64,000 nt of DNA from Cycas panzhihuaensis (GCA_023213395.1 CM041465.1:155317741-155381740); one strand, 5' to 3'; counted from the first letter of the stretch, positions 27,901-42,699 are shown. Notes: a model not told the origin generated them from the letters alone. Numbers and translations: made by a program.

Positions 27901-29946
27901 TAATAAAATATGAGCAATAAATAAAGGTCAATTTTGACATAATCAAACTCTATAAAAAATGGCTCAAATCAATCAAATGAGGATCCATGCTATAAAGCTT
28001 TAAGTCAAGAATCCAATGAGTTTAGCAGATTAAAAATCTAACTCCCCAACACTGAGATATAGCTAAAAATGTAAATAGTCCTCTTTAGGTAAAAATCAAA
28101 AAATAAAAAATAAAGATATTAAGGTTTAGCCCCTTTTGAAATAGGTTGTTGGTTATATGACAAGCCATAAGACTGGTGACTATAACCCAAAGGGGGGCCC
28201 AAATCTCAACAATTATCAATTATAGAATAAGATTTTTAATAAAACAAAAATATTCGAATTTACTTTGTAAAAGTTTAAGATATACTAAGAAGGAGGGCCA
28301 TATGGAGGTCAAAAGTGATTAGGGGTTAGCTATCTGAGGGGGCTAAGCCTAAAATCACCCAACCAGACCCCAAATGAAATTCAAATATAGTTTAATTTGA
28401 TTAAAACTGTGTAAAAAATAAAGATTTTTAATAAAAGGTTGGACGGCCATAAAAATAGTGAGAGATAGATAGATTTTTTACTGAAGAATCGATTAAATGC
28501 CACTAAAAATTAATAGATTGATGCTACAAGGAGGGAATTGGATCTATGTTGAATATAGATGAGAAAAAACTTCAAAAAAACATAATTTTTATGCTAAAAA
28601 AACACACGCAGGTCACACAACAGATGGTGGACGTAGAGGGAAAATTTTAGCATTGAAAATCAATGAAATTTGATATGAAATCACTTGAAATCACTATGGA
28701 GGGGGTATCACAGATCACAGTCAAAGATCAGTAAGAAATATTCTCAAAAAATATGATTTTTTAATAAATATAATTAAAAAATGACATGAATGAAGGGCGC
28801 ACAGATAGTGATCACTTACGGAGCTCGTTCTCCTTATTGGGGCTATGAAATATGACCAAAATTAAGAGGTGGATTGAGCTTATTAACATCAAGATGGCCT
28901 TGAAATTTCATGAAAAATAGATATCTATAGGTTGAGAATGAGCCTACCAAAGGTCATGAGACAACGGAGGGTGTAGAGGTTGTACGATTGAAACAAGGCT
29001 AAAAAAGTCATCACAAATAGATTCTACAGGCTTAAAAACAGCTTGCTATAAGTTTCAAAGAGAACCAATGAGAAATAAAGTCAAACGAAGTAATTTTAAC
29101 TTTAATGCCTTGGGGTTTCAACACATAACAAATTACACTATGTTTCTGGGAGCTATAGCTTATTGTAGGAGTGATGGATTTTCGAACCATCTTTTCTAGA
29201 GCATAGAGGACTCAGAGATGAATCCAACGAGTGTCACTTGACATGGTTCTGAGTAGTGTGGAGATCACACCGGCCTGCCAAAGTTTAGGAATGTAAAAAA
29301 TCCTTGAAATTTTTTATGAAAAATAATTAACATCTTAAAAACTTTTAAATGAAACATTAAAATAATTACACCAATTGATTATTGGGATGAATGCATACAC
29401 TTTAGCTACAAAAATCTAAAGAAAATAGTGATTAAATGGATTATACATATAAAAAATAGTTAAATATTAACAAAAAACTATATAAAAATGTTAATAAACT
29501 TTATGAAATTGACAAAATAATGAAGTATTTACTTGCTGTAAAGTGAAATCAATGCTTTGATATAGGTGGCCAAGATCTATGCTCTAATACCATGTTAGAA
29601 ATTGATCACAACTCTAACACCATGTTAGAATTTACCAAAATAGCAAGTAAATGCATATAACTCAACCATATTCAAAATACACTTCTGAAATAACATTGCA
29701 TTAATCCATTATGAAGAGAGTACAATATGATTTCCATTAAATGGTGATCTTGATGAACACTAGGGTTTAGAACCCTATAAGATATATACTTTTGAGGAAG
29801 GAGGGAAACCTCTTCAACCTCTAATTCAAAACAATATAAAATAATGGCAATGCATAATAAAATAACCTTACCTTAACTTACCATCAAGATGTGTGTGCTC
29901 ACATGTTTCTAAGGTGGGAGTTAGGTGAGGAACTTTAACCCCATCA
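24987..29946 (-). mobile_element. Element D: non-autonomous LTR element; LTRs 24987-25340 and 29593-29946 (354 bp each)
   Basis: Perfect TSD TAAGT (24982-24986 and 29947-29951). PBS (reverse complement) GCTCTAATACCA at 29581-29592; PPT (reverse complement) TACTCCCCCTT at 25341-25351. No gag or pol motifs recognised. Confidence 0.93.
26816..26987. repeat. 41-bp minisatellite, about 4 copies, inside D
   Basis: AATCAAGGAGAT...TTTCAAATGCTCAAAT units start at 26816, 26857, 26898 and 26939. Confidence 0.9.
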
Positions 29947-29951
29947 TAAGT

Positions 29952-30054
29952 AAGGTTCATGTATTTATCCTCACTATAATTGACTACGTCATAAGGTGGA
30001 CTAAGGCCATTACTCTTAAGGTAGTAATTATTTTTTATAAGAAATAGTAATATA
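29952..30054 (+). pseudogene. Gy2 integrase piece 3
   Basis: Reads KVHVFILTIIDYVIRWTKAITLK (the ILTATDYFTKW.EA motif) and continues via TSD TAAGT. Confidence 0.88.
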
Positions 30055-33000
30055 TGTTAGAGCGTAATGTTTTATCTAAGTACAAAAAAGGGTAATGTTA
30101 GTACACCCTTAAATGTAACTTAAAGCTAATATGTTGACACTTTACATTTAGAGATGGGTCAGTTACAATCTAGTTTATAACGGTCATATAGTATGATGTA
30201 TATTTAAAGGAGACTAGATCTCCATTGAATATAAGTTTTTGTTCATCTCAATTAAGATTGTTATCATGGTATCAGAGCAGATCACCCAAATTATTTAAGA
30301 GAGGGATTTGTGTCTAATAAAGGTAGTACTAGAGTATGACAAACACAAAAGCTACTAAAAGGCCAGATTAAGAGTCAAGACTGATAGAAGGTCAGATTTA
30401 GAGGCGATTGAAGACGTCGTATGACCTGTGTATGGAACCGTATGACTATACAGACAAGAAAATTTCAGTGTCTCAAATTGAGATGAAAATTCACCAGCAA
30501 GTAGATCTTGATTGCCCCATCACTTCTCTCTTCAAGGTCAAAGTCATTTGAGCACATTTGAAGGCAGTTGGCCACTTTACCATTCAACGCAGGTTTGGAG
30601 GTACCTTCATGATTTTCTCTTAATTTCTCTCAGATTTCTAAATTAAATCTATTGTAAAATCTTTGTATTAGTGCTGGGAAGACTTTGTGACTCGTTTTAA
30701 TGGATCTTATGTAGATTTTTTAAAGATACAAGTCATTTTGTATAAAACCCTAGCCACGTTCCTCTGTCTATCAAGCCAATTTTCTCACAATCTAAGAACT
30801 ATTTTAGAAATCTAGCACCAGATCTAGAATCCTCTCTTCATTCTCTTTCTTTTGAGGTACACTTCATCTCATTCTATATGGTCTTATTTTAATACAGAAA
30901 TCGATACAATTATACGGTCTAGCATTGTCAGCCCTTGATTCCCTAAAATCTAATGGCTTCTTTGATCCTAACTCTGCTCGATCAAGAAAAATTAATTGAT
31001 TCTAATTACCACATATGGAAAATCAAAGTGGAAACCCTTTTAATAACCAAAAATGCTTAGAAAATTACAACTGGTTATGAAGTTCATCCAAATACAACAT
31101 ATCCAACCTTGGGAAGTTGGGAAGAAAGAGATAACATAGGAATACTTATTCTAAAGATGTCAGTTCCTAACTCCCTCCTGGTTTAGATAGAGAAATTAAA
31201 CTCTACATCGGACATCTAGAAATGCCTTGAGAATCTATATGGGCAGAAAAATAAAGCCAGGATCATTTCACTCAAGGAAGATCTATACAAACTCCACACG
31301 AAGGAAAGTGAGACTATAATAGAATTCATACACAAAGTTATTTTAATTAGAAATAATCTCTTAAGTGTAGGAGGTATCATTTCAGAACAAGAGTTAGTGG
31401 AACTAGTGGCAAGTAAGCTATTGAGATTGCTTGACATAACCATTAACACCATCATAAATAATAACTAGATTGATAAAATGACTCTTGATGAATTGATTAA
31501 GTTGTTATTAAGACAGGAACAAGAAACAAGTGGTATGAGGATTCTTCAGAACTAGAAGATGCATTTGCATCTAGATTGAATCTAGGGCCACGTGGACGAA
31601 ACAGGGTCGTGGGCAAGGACATACTCCAAACGTTAGAGGTCATGTACACTAGCAAGAATCTAGAGGATATGGACAAAGCAAAGATACTAGAGTATATTTC
31701 AGCTATGGGAAAACTAGACACATCTCCAGTACATGCAGAGTTTTTGATATTTGTTACCACTATGGGCAATCTGGGTATTACCCATATCAATGCCCACAAA
31801 GAAGGGTCGATATTTAGAAAGGGAAACAACCTGTTGGAGGATATAGCAAAGAAAAAATAGAGGAAGAGGAAGAAGAGACTGCATTCATTGTTGCTCTAGC
31901 CACGAGTCTAAAAGACGGAGATATATAGTATGTTGATTTGGGAGCTTCGCAACACATGACCAATCATGAAGATTGGTTCGAAACCCTAAAGCCTTTCAAC
32001 TTTGACAAATCAGTTGAACTGGGAGATAAATACTCACTTGGCATAAAGGTGGTGGGTACTATCACCATAAATCTGCAAAGAAATGTAAAGAAAATTAGGA
32101 ATGTTCTGTTAGTTCCTAGTTTAAAAATGAATCTTCTATCAATCTCACAACTTAGCAAAAAGGGGTTGAGGATAATTTTTGATGAAGAAGGGTATTGTCA
32201 TATTCTAGATATGAAAAATAATAGGGAAACCATTACTAAGGGCATAACATGTAATGATCTATACAAACTACTGTCAGATCTTATGATTGCTAGTGTAGAA
32301 GAAAAAACTTGTACTGCTGTTAAATCTGATAATAAAATTTGGCATTTAAAGTATAGGCATCTTCTAATTGAAACATTAAAATCAATGGAAAAATCAAGCA
32401 TAGTAAATGGGCTGCCTCATATTTCTTCTGACAACTTTATTTGTAAGGGTTGCCAATTTGGCAAACGACACTGACATCCTTTTAATAAAAATTATTAGAG
32501 AGTACAATCAAAGTTAGAATTAATCCATACAGATTTGTGTGGTCCCATCACACAACTCTCAATCAATGGTTGCAGGTATTTTCTAACATTTATTGATGAT
32601 GTTACTCAAAATTTATGGGTTTACCTTCTTCACAACAAGTCATAAGTTTTTGAAACATTTAAAGAATTTAAAGCAGAAGTAGAGCTGGAATCAGGAACAA
32701 AATCAAGTGCATCAGATCAGATGGAGGAGGTGAATACATCTCGAAGGAGTTCCTGAACTACTATAGGATGCACACAATTTGTAGACAGGTCATAACTCTA
32801 TATACTCCACAATATAATGGAGTAGAAGAAAGGAAAAATAGGACTCTAGTGGAAATGGCCAGAAGCATGGTTTATGAAAATGAAGTTTCAAAATCATATT
32901 GGGTTGAGGTAATAAGCACCTCCTTCTATCTAATCAATCAAAGCCCAATAAAGGCTCTAGAAAATATCACTCTAGAAGAAGCCTGGACAGGTATGAAACT

Positions 33001-35265
33001 CGATGTAAGTTTACTTAAAGTTTTTGGTAGCCAAGCTTTTGTTCACATACCAGATAAAAGGAGATCTAAAATTGATGCAAAAAGCATAGAATGCATTATG
33101 ATAGGTTATAGCAAAAACTTGAAAGCCTATAAATGCATAGATACTAAGACCAATAAAAAATATGTAAGTAGAGATTTCATTTTCAATAAAGGAGATAGCT
33201 TAAATGATACTTCACAAGTTAGAATAATCAAAGGAAATGAGAAGGAAGTGGAATAAGAAGTAGTACCTGAAATTACCTTAGAAGAAATAACCTCTGCAGA
33301 ATCATCTCCTTCCTTCTCATTAATTCAAAATGAAATAATAGAAGGAGAAGAATCAGTCATAGAACAATCAACAGAGGAAATAAATATTGAAGAAGGTACA
33401 CAAAAATAGAAGAAGTTACCCAAATGGTTCATCAAAACAGTCGAAGAGGGAAAAGGCAATGTCCTTGAACATAGAATGCAAAGTCAAAGGCCAAGGGCCC
33501 TGGTAAGTAGAGTTGAACCATAGACCTTTCAAGAGGCCAAAGATCAACACGAATGGAAGTCAGTAATGGATAGTGAAATAGACTCAATTAGAAAAAACCA
33601 AACATGGGAACTAGTAGAGTTACCTGCCAACAAGTCTGTAGTCAGCTGCAAATGGGTCTACAAGATTAAGGAGGGAATTAGTGCCAAAATAGAGAAATAT
33701 AAAGCATAGCTTGTTGCAAAAGCATACACTCAAATAGTTGGAGTGGACTTTCAAGAAATTGTTTCTCCTGTGGCCAAGCTAAACACTGTAAGGATAGTTG
33801 TTGTACTAGCTTATATACAAGATTAGAAAATCTTTCAGTTGGATGTGAAAAGCACCTTTTTGAATAGAGAATTAGAAGAGGAAGTCTATATGAAATAGCT
33901 TGAAGGATACATCAAGGAAGGACAAGAGCATCTGGTATGAAAATTTAAAAAGGCTCTATATGGGTTGAAGTAAGTCCCTTGAGCTTGGTACACAAAGTTA
34001 GATGAACATTTGTGTCAAAATTGCTTTCAACGGTGTGGTTCAAATTCCAGCTTATACATAAGAAAAAGAAATGGCAAAGTCACAATAATTATTCTCTATG
34101 TAGATAACATGGTTCCACAGGTAATGATGAAGAATCTGTTACAAACATAAAAGAACAACTTAAGTAAGAATTTAAAATGACAGATTTGGGCCTCATGAGC
34201 TATTACCTAGGATTAGAAATAGATCAACAACAAGGTTATGTTGCTCTATCTCGGAGCAAATACATCAAAGATCTATTGATCAAATTCCATATGGAAAATT
34301 AAAATCCCTATGCCACACCCATGGAAATAAATTTTGACCTGGTAGCAGATGATATGGAGCAAGCAACATACATCACTTTATATAGACAAATGATTGGGAG
34401 TTTGATTTATCTAATAGCCACCAGACCTAACATATCACATTTGATGGGATTAGTATCCAGATACATGCAGAATCCTAAAATAAGACATTGGAAGGTTGCA
34501 AGGAGAATTCTAAGGTACCTAAAAGGGACAACAAACCTAAAACTAATGTATTCCAAGTGAGGATCAATTAATCTATCAGGTTTATATGACTCTGAATAGG
34601 CAGGAGATAAAGAACAAAGGAAATCAACTAGTGGGTACTATTTTTTTCTAGGATCTGTAGTAATTTCCTAGTCCAATAAAAAATAGGCCACTGTAGCATT
34701 ATCATCTACTATGATAGAGTACAGAGCAATTGTGACAGCCACATGTCAAGCTATCTAGTTGAGACAACTACTAGCTGACTTGGAACAACGACAGAATCAA
34801 GCAACTGTTCTGAAGTGTGACAATTAGAGCATCATCAAATTAACCAAAAATCTAATTCTTCATGGAAGAACAAAACACATAGAAGTACATCATCACTTCA
34901 TAAGGGAAAAGGTCCACAATAAGGAAATTGATTTGGAATACTGTCCATCTACATAACAAGTTGCAGACTTGCTGATAAAATCTCTTGGGAAAGAGAGATT
35001 TCAAAATCTAAGAAACAAATTAGGTTTACTAGAGATAAAAGATTAAGAGAGGGTGTTAGAGTGTAATGTTTTATTTAAGTACAAAAAGGAGTAATGTTAG
35101 TACACCCTCAAATATAACTTATAGCTAAGATGTTAACACTTGGCAGTTAGAGGTGGGTTAGTTACAATCTAGTTTGTAACGATCATCTAGTATGATGTAT
35201 ATTTAAAGGAGACTATACCTCCATAGAATGCAAGTTTTTGTTCATCTCAATTAAGATTTCTATCA
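30055..35265 (+). mobile_element. Element E: full-length Ty1/Copia (short LTRs, Ale/Ivana-like size); LTRs 30055-30266 and 35054-35265 (212 bp each)
   Basis: TG...CA LTRs differ at about 24 of 212 positions. PBS TGGTATCAGAGC at 30267-30278; PPT AAGAGAGGG; imperfect TSD ATATA/ATACT. Confidence 0.95.
30953..35046 (+). pseudogene. E gag-pol (gag, PR, INT, RT, RH), disrupted
   Basis: NYHIWK; VDLGASQHMT; IHTDLCGP; IRSDGGGEY; PQYNGVEERKNRTL; CKWVYKIK; LDVKSTFL; YRQMIGSLIYL; RTKHIEVHHHFIRE. Confidence 0.95.
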
Positions 35266-35270
35266 ATACT

Positions 35271-35799
35271 AAGGTTTAGTATACCTTCTTTTCTTATATT
35301 TTATAATAAAGTAGCTTTTATGCCTATTTTAATAATTAATTTTGATTATAGAAATAATATCTACTTAAATACTTCCTCTAACTATTACCTTAAGAGAATG
35401 GTTTTGAAGAATCAACAAATAAGAATCTCATCAAAAATTTGAAGAAGACAATTATGTAGAACTAGTGAGACTAGCATGCTAAGCTTCACCATACTCTTTG
35501 GGTATGATAGAGCTATAACTAAGGAGGTTCTAAGATTTTATCCATTTCTTTTGGTGTATGGAAAATAAGTAATTCTTCTTTTAAATCCAACCTTAAATGC
35601 ATTAGTACTTATTAATTATGAGGAAGTAGAAGAGAATGACAAGAACAAAAGAATTATGAAGCTATTGGCACTGGAAGAGAAGTCAGATAAGGATAAAGAT
35701 CAAATATAAGCATATCAAATAAAAGTAAAAAAATATTTTGATAAAAAATATATGATTGATAGGTATTTTATCCCAAGAAATAAAGTGATGATATGGGAT
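35271..35799 (+). pseudogene. Gy2 integrase piece 4 (catalytic core)
   Basis: RFSIP, SSNYY..NG..ESTNKNLIK, PFLLVYGK, and KVMIWD at the cut. Confidence 0.88.
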
Positions 35800-36174
35800 T
35801 ATGGTGATCCCTCATCATATGAGATTAGATTAGAAGGTTAGTGGAGGTTAAGGTTAGGACAATTAAATAATAAGGAAATAAGGGATAATCTAGTTTATGG
35901 GTAGCTAAATAATATAATATGAGGAGGGGATGAGGCCTTTATTATAAACACTTCACTGTATAAATTGTAAAGATGGTATCATGTTAATAAAATACTATTT
36001 ATTTAGACACATAGTAGTGTAATCTTGTTTGGTTTCCTTTGATGCACTTCATCTCCATATTCCACTCCATCTACATCCATATATTTTGGTCTTCTTTCTC
36101 TTATTTTTAATGTTAAAGAGGTAATAAGGCCAAGCCTATTACAAATGGCATTAAAGAAAAGGTATTTAGGATAT

Positions 36175-36213
36175 ATGTGTGTGTGTGTATGTATATATAT
36201 ATGTGTGTGTGTG

Positions 36214-36269
<56 letters not shown>

Positions 36270-36287
36270 GATAGATAGATAGATATG

Positions 36288-36338
<51 letters not shown>
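36175..36338. repeat. Compound microsatellite (TG)n(TA)n(GATA)n(CA)n inside F
   Basis: Read directly from the sequence. Confidence 0.95.
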
Positions 36339-36339
<1 letters not shown>

Positions 36340-38444
36340 AAGCAAGGGTTTTGGCATATCAAATATCTACATTTTTTGGAGTATAAATGAAGAAATTTCA
36401 TAAATCAATGAAAATTTTGAGATGACCATATTAATTCTATAAATTTTGAGCGGTTGTACTATAAGTTTTAGGATAAATTTACAAAAGTTATAGAAGATTT
36501 AATTTTGGCCTATTATCTATTGTTATTTTAAGGCTAAAATTTTTCTACCTCAATTTCAAATAACTGTAAGATTAACTATAGGTATCTAGTTGACCTCAAA
36601 TTTTTTTTAAATCTATGAATTTCAAAGTATATTTTATATTGAGAGTTATTTTAGGTCTATTAGAGGTTAAAGTATAAAGTTATTAATATTTTAATACCAT
36701 GTACTATCATAGTCTTGAAAAAACCTAGTAGTAAACCTCATTAAAAGGGGCATAATTTTTTATACAGGTATTAAATTTTAATTCTATCTAAACCATTGGA
36801 ATCATGAACTTTAAAGCTATTTTTAATCATTATTATATTTTAAAATAAAATCTTCTAGATTTTTAATATTTATGTTATTATTTATTTTTGGCATTAATTT
36901 GAGATTCTTCAGATATTGAATAAAAGGTCATTACTCTTAAGATCATAGTATTTTATTTTCCTATCAAAAATTTATCAAAAGGAAAAAAAAAGATGGTTAT
37001 AAGGAGTGGGGTTGGGGAGTGGGGGGAGGGGGTAGGGGTGGGGGGTAGTAAGGGGAATTTAAAGTTAAGATGAAACAATCTAAATATACCCCATAAAGGC
37101 TTGCCACAAGGGGGCTAATAGGTTATAGACACCCCCTTTCTTCCATTCCTTAAAGAAAAAAGGCCATCATAACTAAACATTTTTATTTTTTATTTACATC
37201 GATATTGTATACCTTAATTCCCATACTTTAATGGCAAGGATCTTAGAGATAGGTATTTTAACTTTGAACAATCTTTTACCCCTTATGATGATAACCTTAA
37301 GCTCACCTATCTTAAGATGAATGGTTATATTTGGCTTTGTTATTTGGTTGATACATTTAAGCAAGTCTTTTGAGAATATTACTTTAAGGATAATTATGAA
37401 AAAGTTTTATTTGTTATGGCATACTTAGAGAAGGACCTTTGTAGAAAGATTTAGAAATGGTATGACTCACAGCCAAAACTAGATTGGGCATCATTCAAGT
37501 TGGAAATTCAAAAGAAAATAAAAGATTAAATGTTGGAAATTACTATTAAAGAAGAAATAATGGAAACATTTGAAGAAAATAATGTATTATAGGGTAAATA
37601 AGGTAAACCTTGGGGGGAGTAAGATCACTTAATAGGAGAGGTTTTGAATGATTAACATCTCTCACCCATGCAACATGAAGTCAAAAGTATCACTATATAA
37701 CCCTAATGTACTTTAAAGGGGCTATTACCATTCATGTTGTAAGAATATTTAGGTCTTAATTTTTGTCGATCCCTAGACTTTTATACCATGGGCCCTTATT
37801 TCTTTGATGATAATGCCTAATAAAAGGGCCTACACTCATTTGATGCATATACCCAATTAATATAAAATATATATATGGAGCACCATTCTTTAATAAGCAA
37901 GTAGGAAGCATCAATTTCTACTTAGCAATACTAGGATAAAATATCTACACTTAACATCTTATCAGCAATAGGTGGTGGTCACATGTATTTTATATTTAGA
38001 TGCTTTTGAGGTAAAACATCTTAGTGGAGAGGGCATGGGGTGATACCTCATTAATTAAGATTAGGTTAGTAGTGTTGGAAATGAGGTGTAGAGCAGAAGG
38101 ATTATAGGTGAGTAAACATTATTCCAAAGTGTAAAAAAATTATAAAATATAAGTTAGCAATGTCAAAAAAACACCAAAGAGGTATTCCCATCCTATATAT
38201 AGATCAATTTGGGGAGGTGGCAAGTGTCTCTACTTAACAACATTTAAAATTTAAAAATAATATTAAAATATTAAATAATTAATTGAATACTTATCTTTAG
38301 TGGCTATGTCGGCTGCTAGCGGCTACTTGATGATATTAGGTGGCTTGAGGTGACATAGGGAGGCCCAAGGTAGCATTGAGGGGCCCTAGGTACATATTAG
38401 CTTTAATTAATTGGGTATTATCCCAATATTCTCATCCATAATGA

Positions 38445-41400
38445 CCAATGTAAAGAACCCCCAACTTGTCTCTAAATTTTTGAAATTTGATTTTACCCAA
38501 TGTTTTCGTGAAGATGCATGTTGCTTGGTCTTCGATGCTACAATATACTAATTTAATCTCTCCTACTTATACTAGCTCTCGTATAAACTGATGTTGTGTC
38601 TCAATATATTTTGTTCTACCATGGAAAATCAAGTTCTTTGCCATATGCATTATACTCTGATTGTCACACCAAATTTTCATAGGCCCTTTCTATTTTAGTT
38701 GAAAATTTTACAATAGTCTTCTCAACCATATTGTTTTACATGAGCTAGCAACTACTACTTTATATTATGCTTTGGCTATAGATAGGGAAACTATATTTTG
38801 TTTCTTAGTGCTCTATATTATACCTACCAAACACATACTAAATATATAACTTGAAGTTAATTTTCTATCGTTGATATTGCCTACCCAATCTGAATCTGTA
38901 TAACCTGTCAACTAAAAGTTTGATAAAGCTCTATAATATAGCCCATATTTTGAAGTGCCTTTAAGATAATGAAAAATCCTTTTGGCTTCTTGCTAATGAG
39001 TAGTCTTTGGGTCTTACATGAATTTGGATACAACACTAACTAATTGTGTTATGTCTAGTTGAGATATTTAGTAGATCAGAGTGTCGATTAATTATCTATA
39101 GAGTGTAGGACCAATTGGTGTAGAGTCATCAGATTTTGAAAGCTTAATTCCTATTTTTGTTGGAGTTTCCAATGATTTGTAGTCAGTCATCCTAAACATT
39201 TACAATATATACAGGGTATAGTTTTGTTGGAAGGTAAAGATTTCATTCTTATCTTGTTATACATCCAAACTTAGGAAGTAATACATTATCCCTAGATCTG
39301 TCATTTCAAACTCTTTACGCATGGCTTTCTTAAAGTTTCGTAATAGATGAGAGTCATTTCCAATGTAGACAAGATCATCTACATAAAGTCCTACAATTAG
39401 GGTAGAATCTCCCTTGATTTTTATGTAGAAATTTGGATCTACTTGAGATCTTTCAAAAGCCTTAATCTCTAAAGTATTTGTCAATTTAGGAATACTAATC
39501 CCTAGGTGCTTATTTCAATCTGTAAAGTGCCTTTTCAAGTTTGTACAGTTTGTTTCCTTCCCTGTTGACTTTAAAACTAAGGGGTTGAGAGACATAGATA
39601 TCCTCTTCAATACAACCATTGATGAAGGCACTTTTGATGTCCATTTGATAAACTTTCCATCCCATTTGGGCTGTCAAACTCATCATCATTTGAACTATTT
39701 CTATTCGAGAAATAAAAGCAAATGTTTCATTGTAATTAATGCCTTCTTTTTGGGCATAATCTTTAGTGACCAATCTAGCTTCGTATTTATCAGTTGATCT
39801 ATTAGAGCAGAACTTGGTTTTATAGATCTACTTAGTGCCAATTGCTCTTTTATTTGGAGATAAGTTAACCAATTTACAAGTATCATTTTAAATAATGGAG
39901 TGGTAGTCATCTTCCATCACCTTTCTTCAAGAAGCATGTGTATTGGCCTCATCAAAAGTTTGAGGCTCATGTGACTCCGATACTTTGCTCATGAGGGTAA
40001 AGTTTACCTTATGTAAGTAAGTGGATCTTCGAGTATTATCCAAAATATTACCTACATCATGATTCCTTTGAATCCATTTTGGAAGATTTTGTGGTGGAGG
40101 TTGAGAGGAGGTTCCCTCCCCACTAGGTTCATCGATGACTCATCTAGACTCAAATATAGAAGGCACATACTTTGATTTAGTAGACTTGTTAAAATTGATT
40201 ACTACTTCTTTTCTCTTTTCTTCACTATCTTGATAACAAGCATCTTCCTAAAACTTAACATCTCTACTCAACATAACCCTCTTTAACTTAGGATCATAGA
40301 CTTTGTATGATTTAGAAGTTTCACTATAGCTAAGAAATATGCACCTGATACTATGGTCATGCAGCTTAGATCTCCTTTGGTTAGGAACATGTCCATAAGT
40401 TGGGCACCCAAAGACTCTTAAGTGGTGTGTATTTGGCTTATAGCTTATCCAAGCTTCTCCAGGTGTCTTCCACCTTAGGGCTTTGGTGGAGCACCAATTG
40501 AGGAGGTAAATAGATGTATGAACTGTTTCTAGCCAAAACTCATGGCCAAGTTTTTATCCTTCAACATGTACCTTTTCATTTTAATAATGGTGTAATTTTT
40601 TCTTTCTGCTACACCATTTTGTTGTGGGGTATAAGGATTGGTGAGTTGCCTTATGATCCAATGATGTATACAATATTCCTTAAATTCATTGGAGATAAAT
40701 TCTCCCCTATTATTAGATCTTAGAGAGAGTAGTTTGTGCCTACTTTGTCACTCCACAAAGGTTTTGAAGTCAATAAATTATTGAAATGCATCTGATTTGA
40801 ATTTAAGAATACCCATGTCTTCCTAGTGCAATCGTCAATGAATGTAATAAAATAGTGTGCACCTGTTAATAAGGGGACATCCATAGGACCACAAATATCT
40901 GTACCAAGTAGACATCCCTCACATATGGATTTGTCTGCTTTGATGTTAGGCAACCTATTAACCATGTCTATTCTTTTCATTAGGGCCAAACTACTATAGT
41001 TGAGGTGTCTAAATCTCATATGCCATAAGTTACTATCCAATTTGACTGTAGTTCTTAAGGCATAGGTATTTGGTAGAGTAAGGACAAGTTTAAATAGTTT
41101 ATCTTTTGTCATTTTTCCTTTCCAATAATTGCTTTATTTCTTCTCTTGTCCTTAATTATACACTTGGCATTGTCAAAGATGACCCTGTAATCCTGTCCCA
41201 TCATCTTTCGTACTAATAATAGATTTTTCTTTAAGGCAAAAATATACAATACATCACCAAGGTGTCTATACACTCTTGTATCTATCATGAGTGTTATGTT
41301 ACCTCTACCAATCGATTCATGGGATGTATCATCTCTAAACATTATTGAAAGTCATTTTCTTTTATCCAAGGTATGAAATAGATATTCCTTGTGAGTCATA

Positions 41401-42578
41401 TAGATGGAGCAACCTAAGTTAGTGTACCAACTATCATCTTCTTCTTCTTTGGCACTAAAACTAGATAGGAAAAGTCTATTATTATCCCTTGCTTCTAGAG
41501 TGTTATTTATATTTCCTTTGGTGGGTGGTCCATGTTTTGAAAACTATTTGTCTTCTGTGTGACCACTACGATGACAATAAGAGCAGTATATGGACTCTCT
41601 TTTCCTATAACTTAGACTTTAACCTTATGGATAAGTTCTTTCAATATAGGAAGATCTCTCCCTTTCCTCATAATTTGGAACTGGATTTTTCCTTTGTCTA
41701 TTATCATAATAATATTGATTTGATCTTATAGCTTGAACATTTCCTTGGAAATTGGGGTAACATGAGTGTCCCTTAAGTTGTTTCTCCTTATTTGGATACC
41801 TAGGAGGATTCACATTTTGTTAGTTTCCTCATTGTCTCCTTTGATGTAGAGCTTGGTATTTAGGTGGATCTTGTTATAAATCCCTTCTAAGATTTCTATC
41901 CCTTCTCTTAGGAGATGATTCTCTATATTTTATTGTACCCACTTGAGAGTGAGATTATATTCTAGCCTTGATAACAAAGGCATTCTCAAGCGATTCAACC
42001 GACATCAACATGGCACTTAGTTATTCCACCTTTAGTGTGCTTAGATATTTAGAAAACCCTATATGTATTGCTACCATTTTAAACCTTCTTACAGTACCTA
42101 CACACCTAAATATTCTTTCCACTACTCTTTGCTCTATCAATATATCTCTAAGTGATCTTATTTGGTTTACTATATCTTGCACTTTAGTCATGAATTCTGT
42201 TACAGATTATGTTGGCATCATTCACAAGTTTTCAAATTTACTCCTTAGGTTTTGAAGCTTAGATGATATAGGTCCTTCATAAATTAACTGGAGGGTATCC
42301 CACACTTCTTTTGATTTAGTTGACTCACTAATCCATGGGAAAATATGATCTTCTAGTGTACAAAATATAATGGTAAGTACTTCATTATCCCTTTTAATAT
42401 TTTCTTTATAAGTTGCCTTTTCAACATTGGTGGCATTATGACCTAACTCACTATAATATGTTTTCACAATCTCCCACATGTCATTAGCAATGAGGATGGA
42501 TCTCATTCTTGTACTCTAGTCTAGAAAATTATTACTATCAAATTTGGAGATTATTATGTTTCCAAAGTTTGATGTCAT
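38445..42578 (-). pseudogene. G gag-pol, disrupted
   Basis: ORF-track fragments: gag 42222-42506; GAG-pre-INT LWHMRFRHLN and TDICGP; RT WKVYQMDIKSAFING and LYVDDL; RH RTKYIETQHQFIRE. Confidence 0.95.
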
Positions 42579-42699
42579 TTCTTAGTTAAGATTTTAAAAA
42601 CTATAGATAAAATAAAGTTTTCAAATGTTTGATTTTGAAACTTAACCCATTTCTTTGCCCAAAGTTTTATAAGTGTCCTAGTCCCTAATAAGGCTTCTA

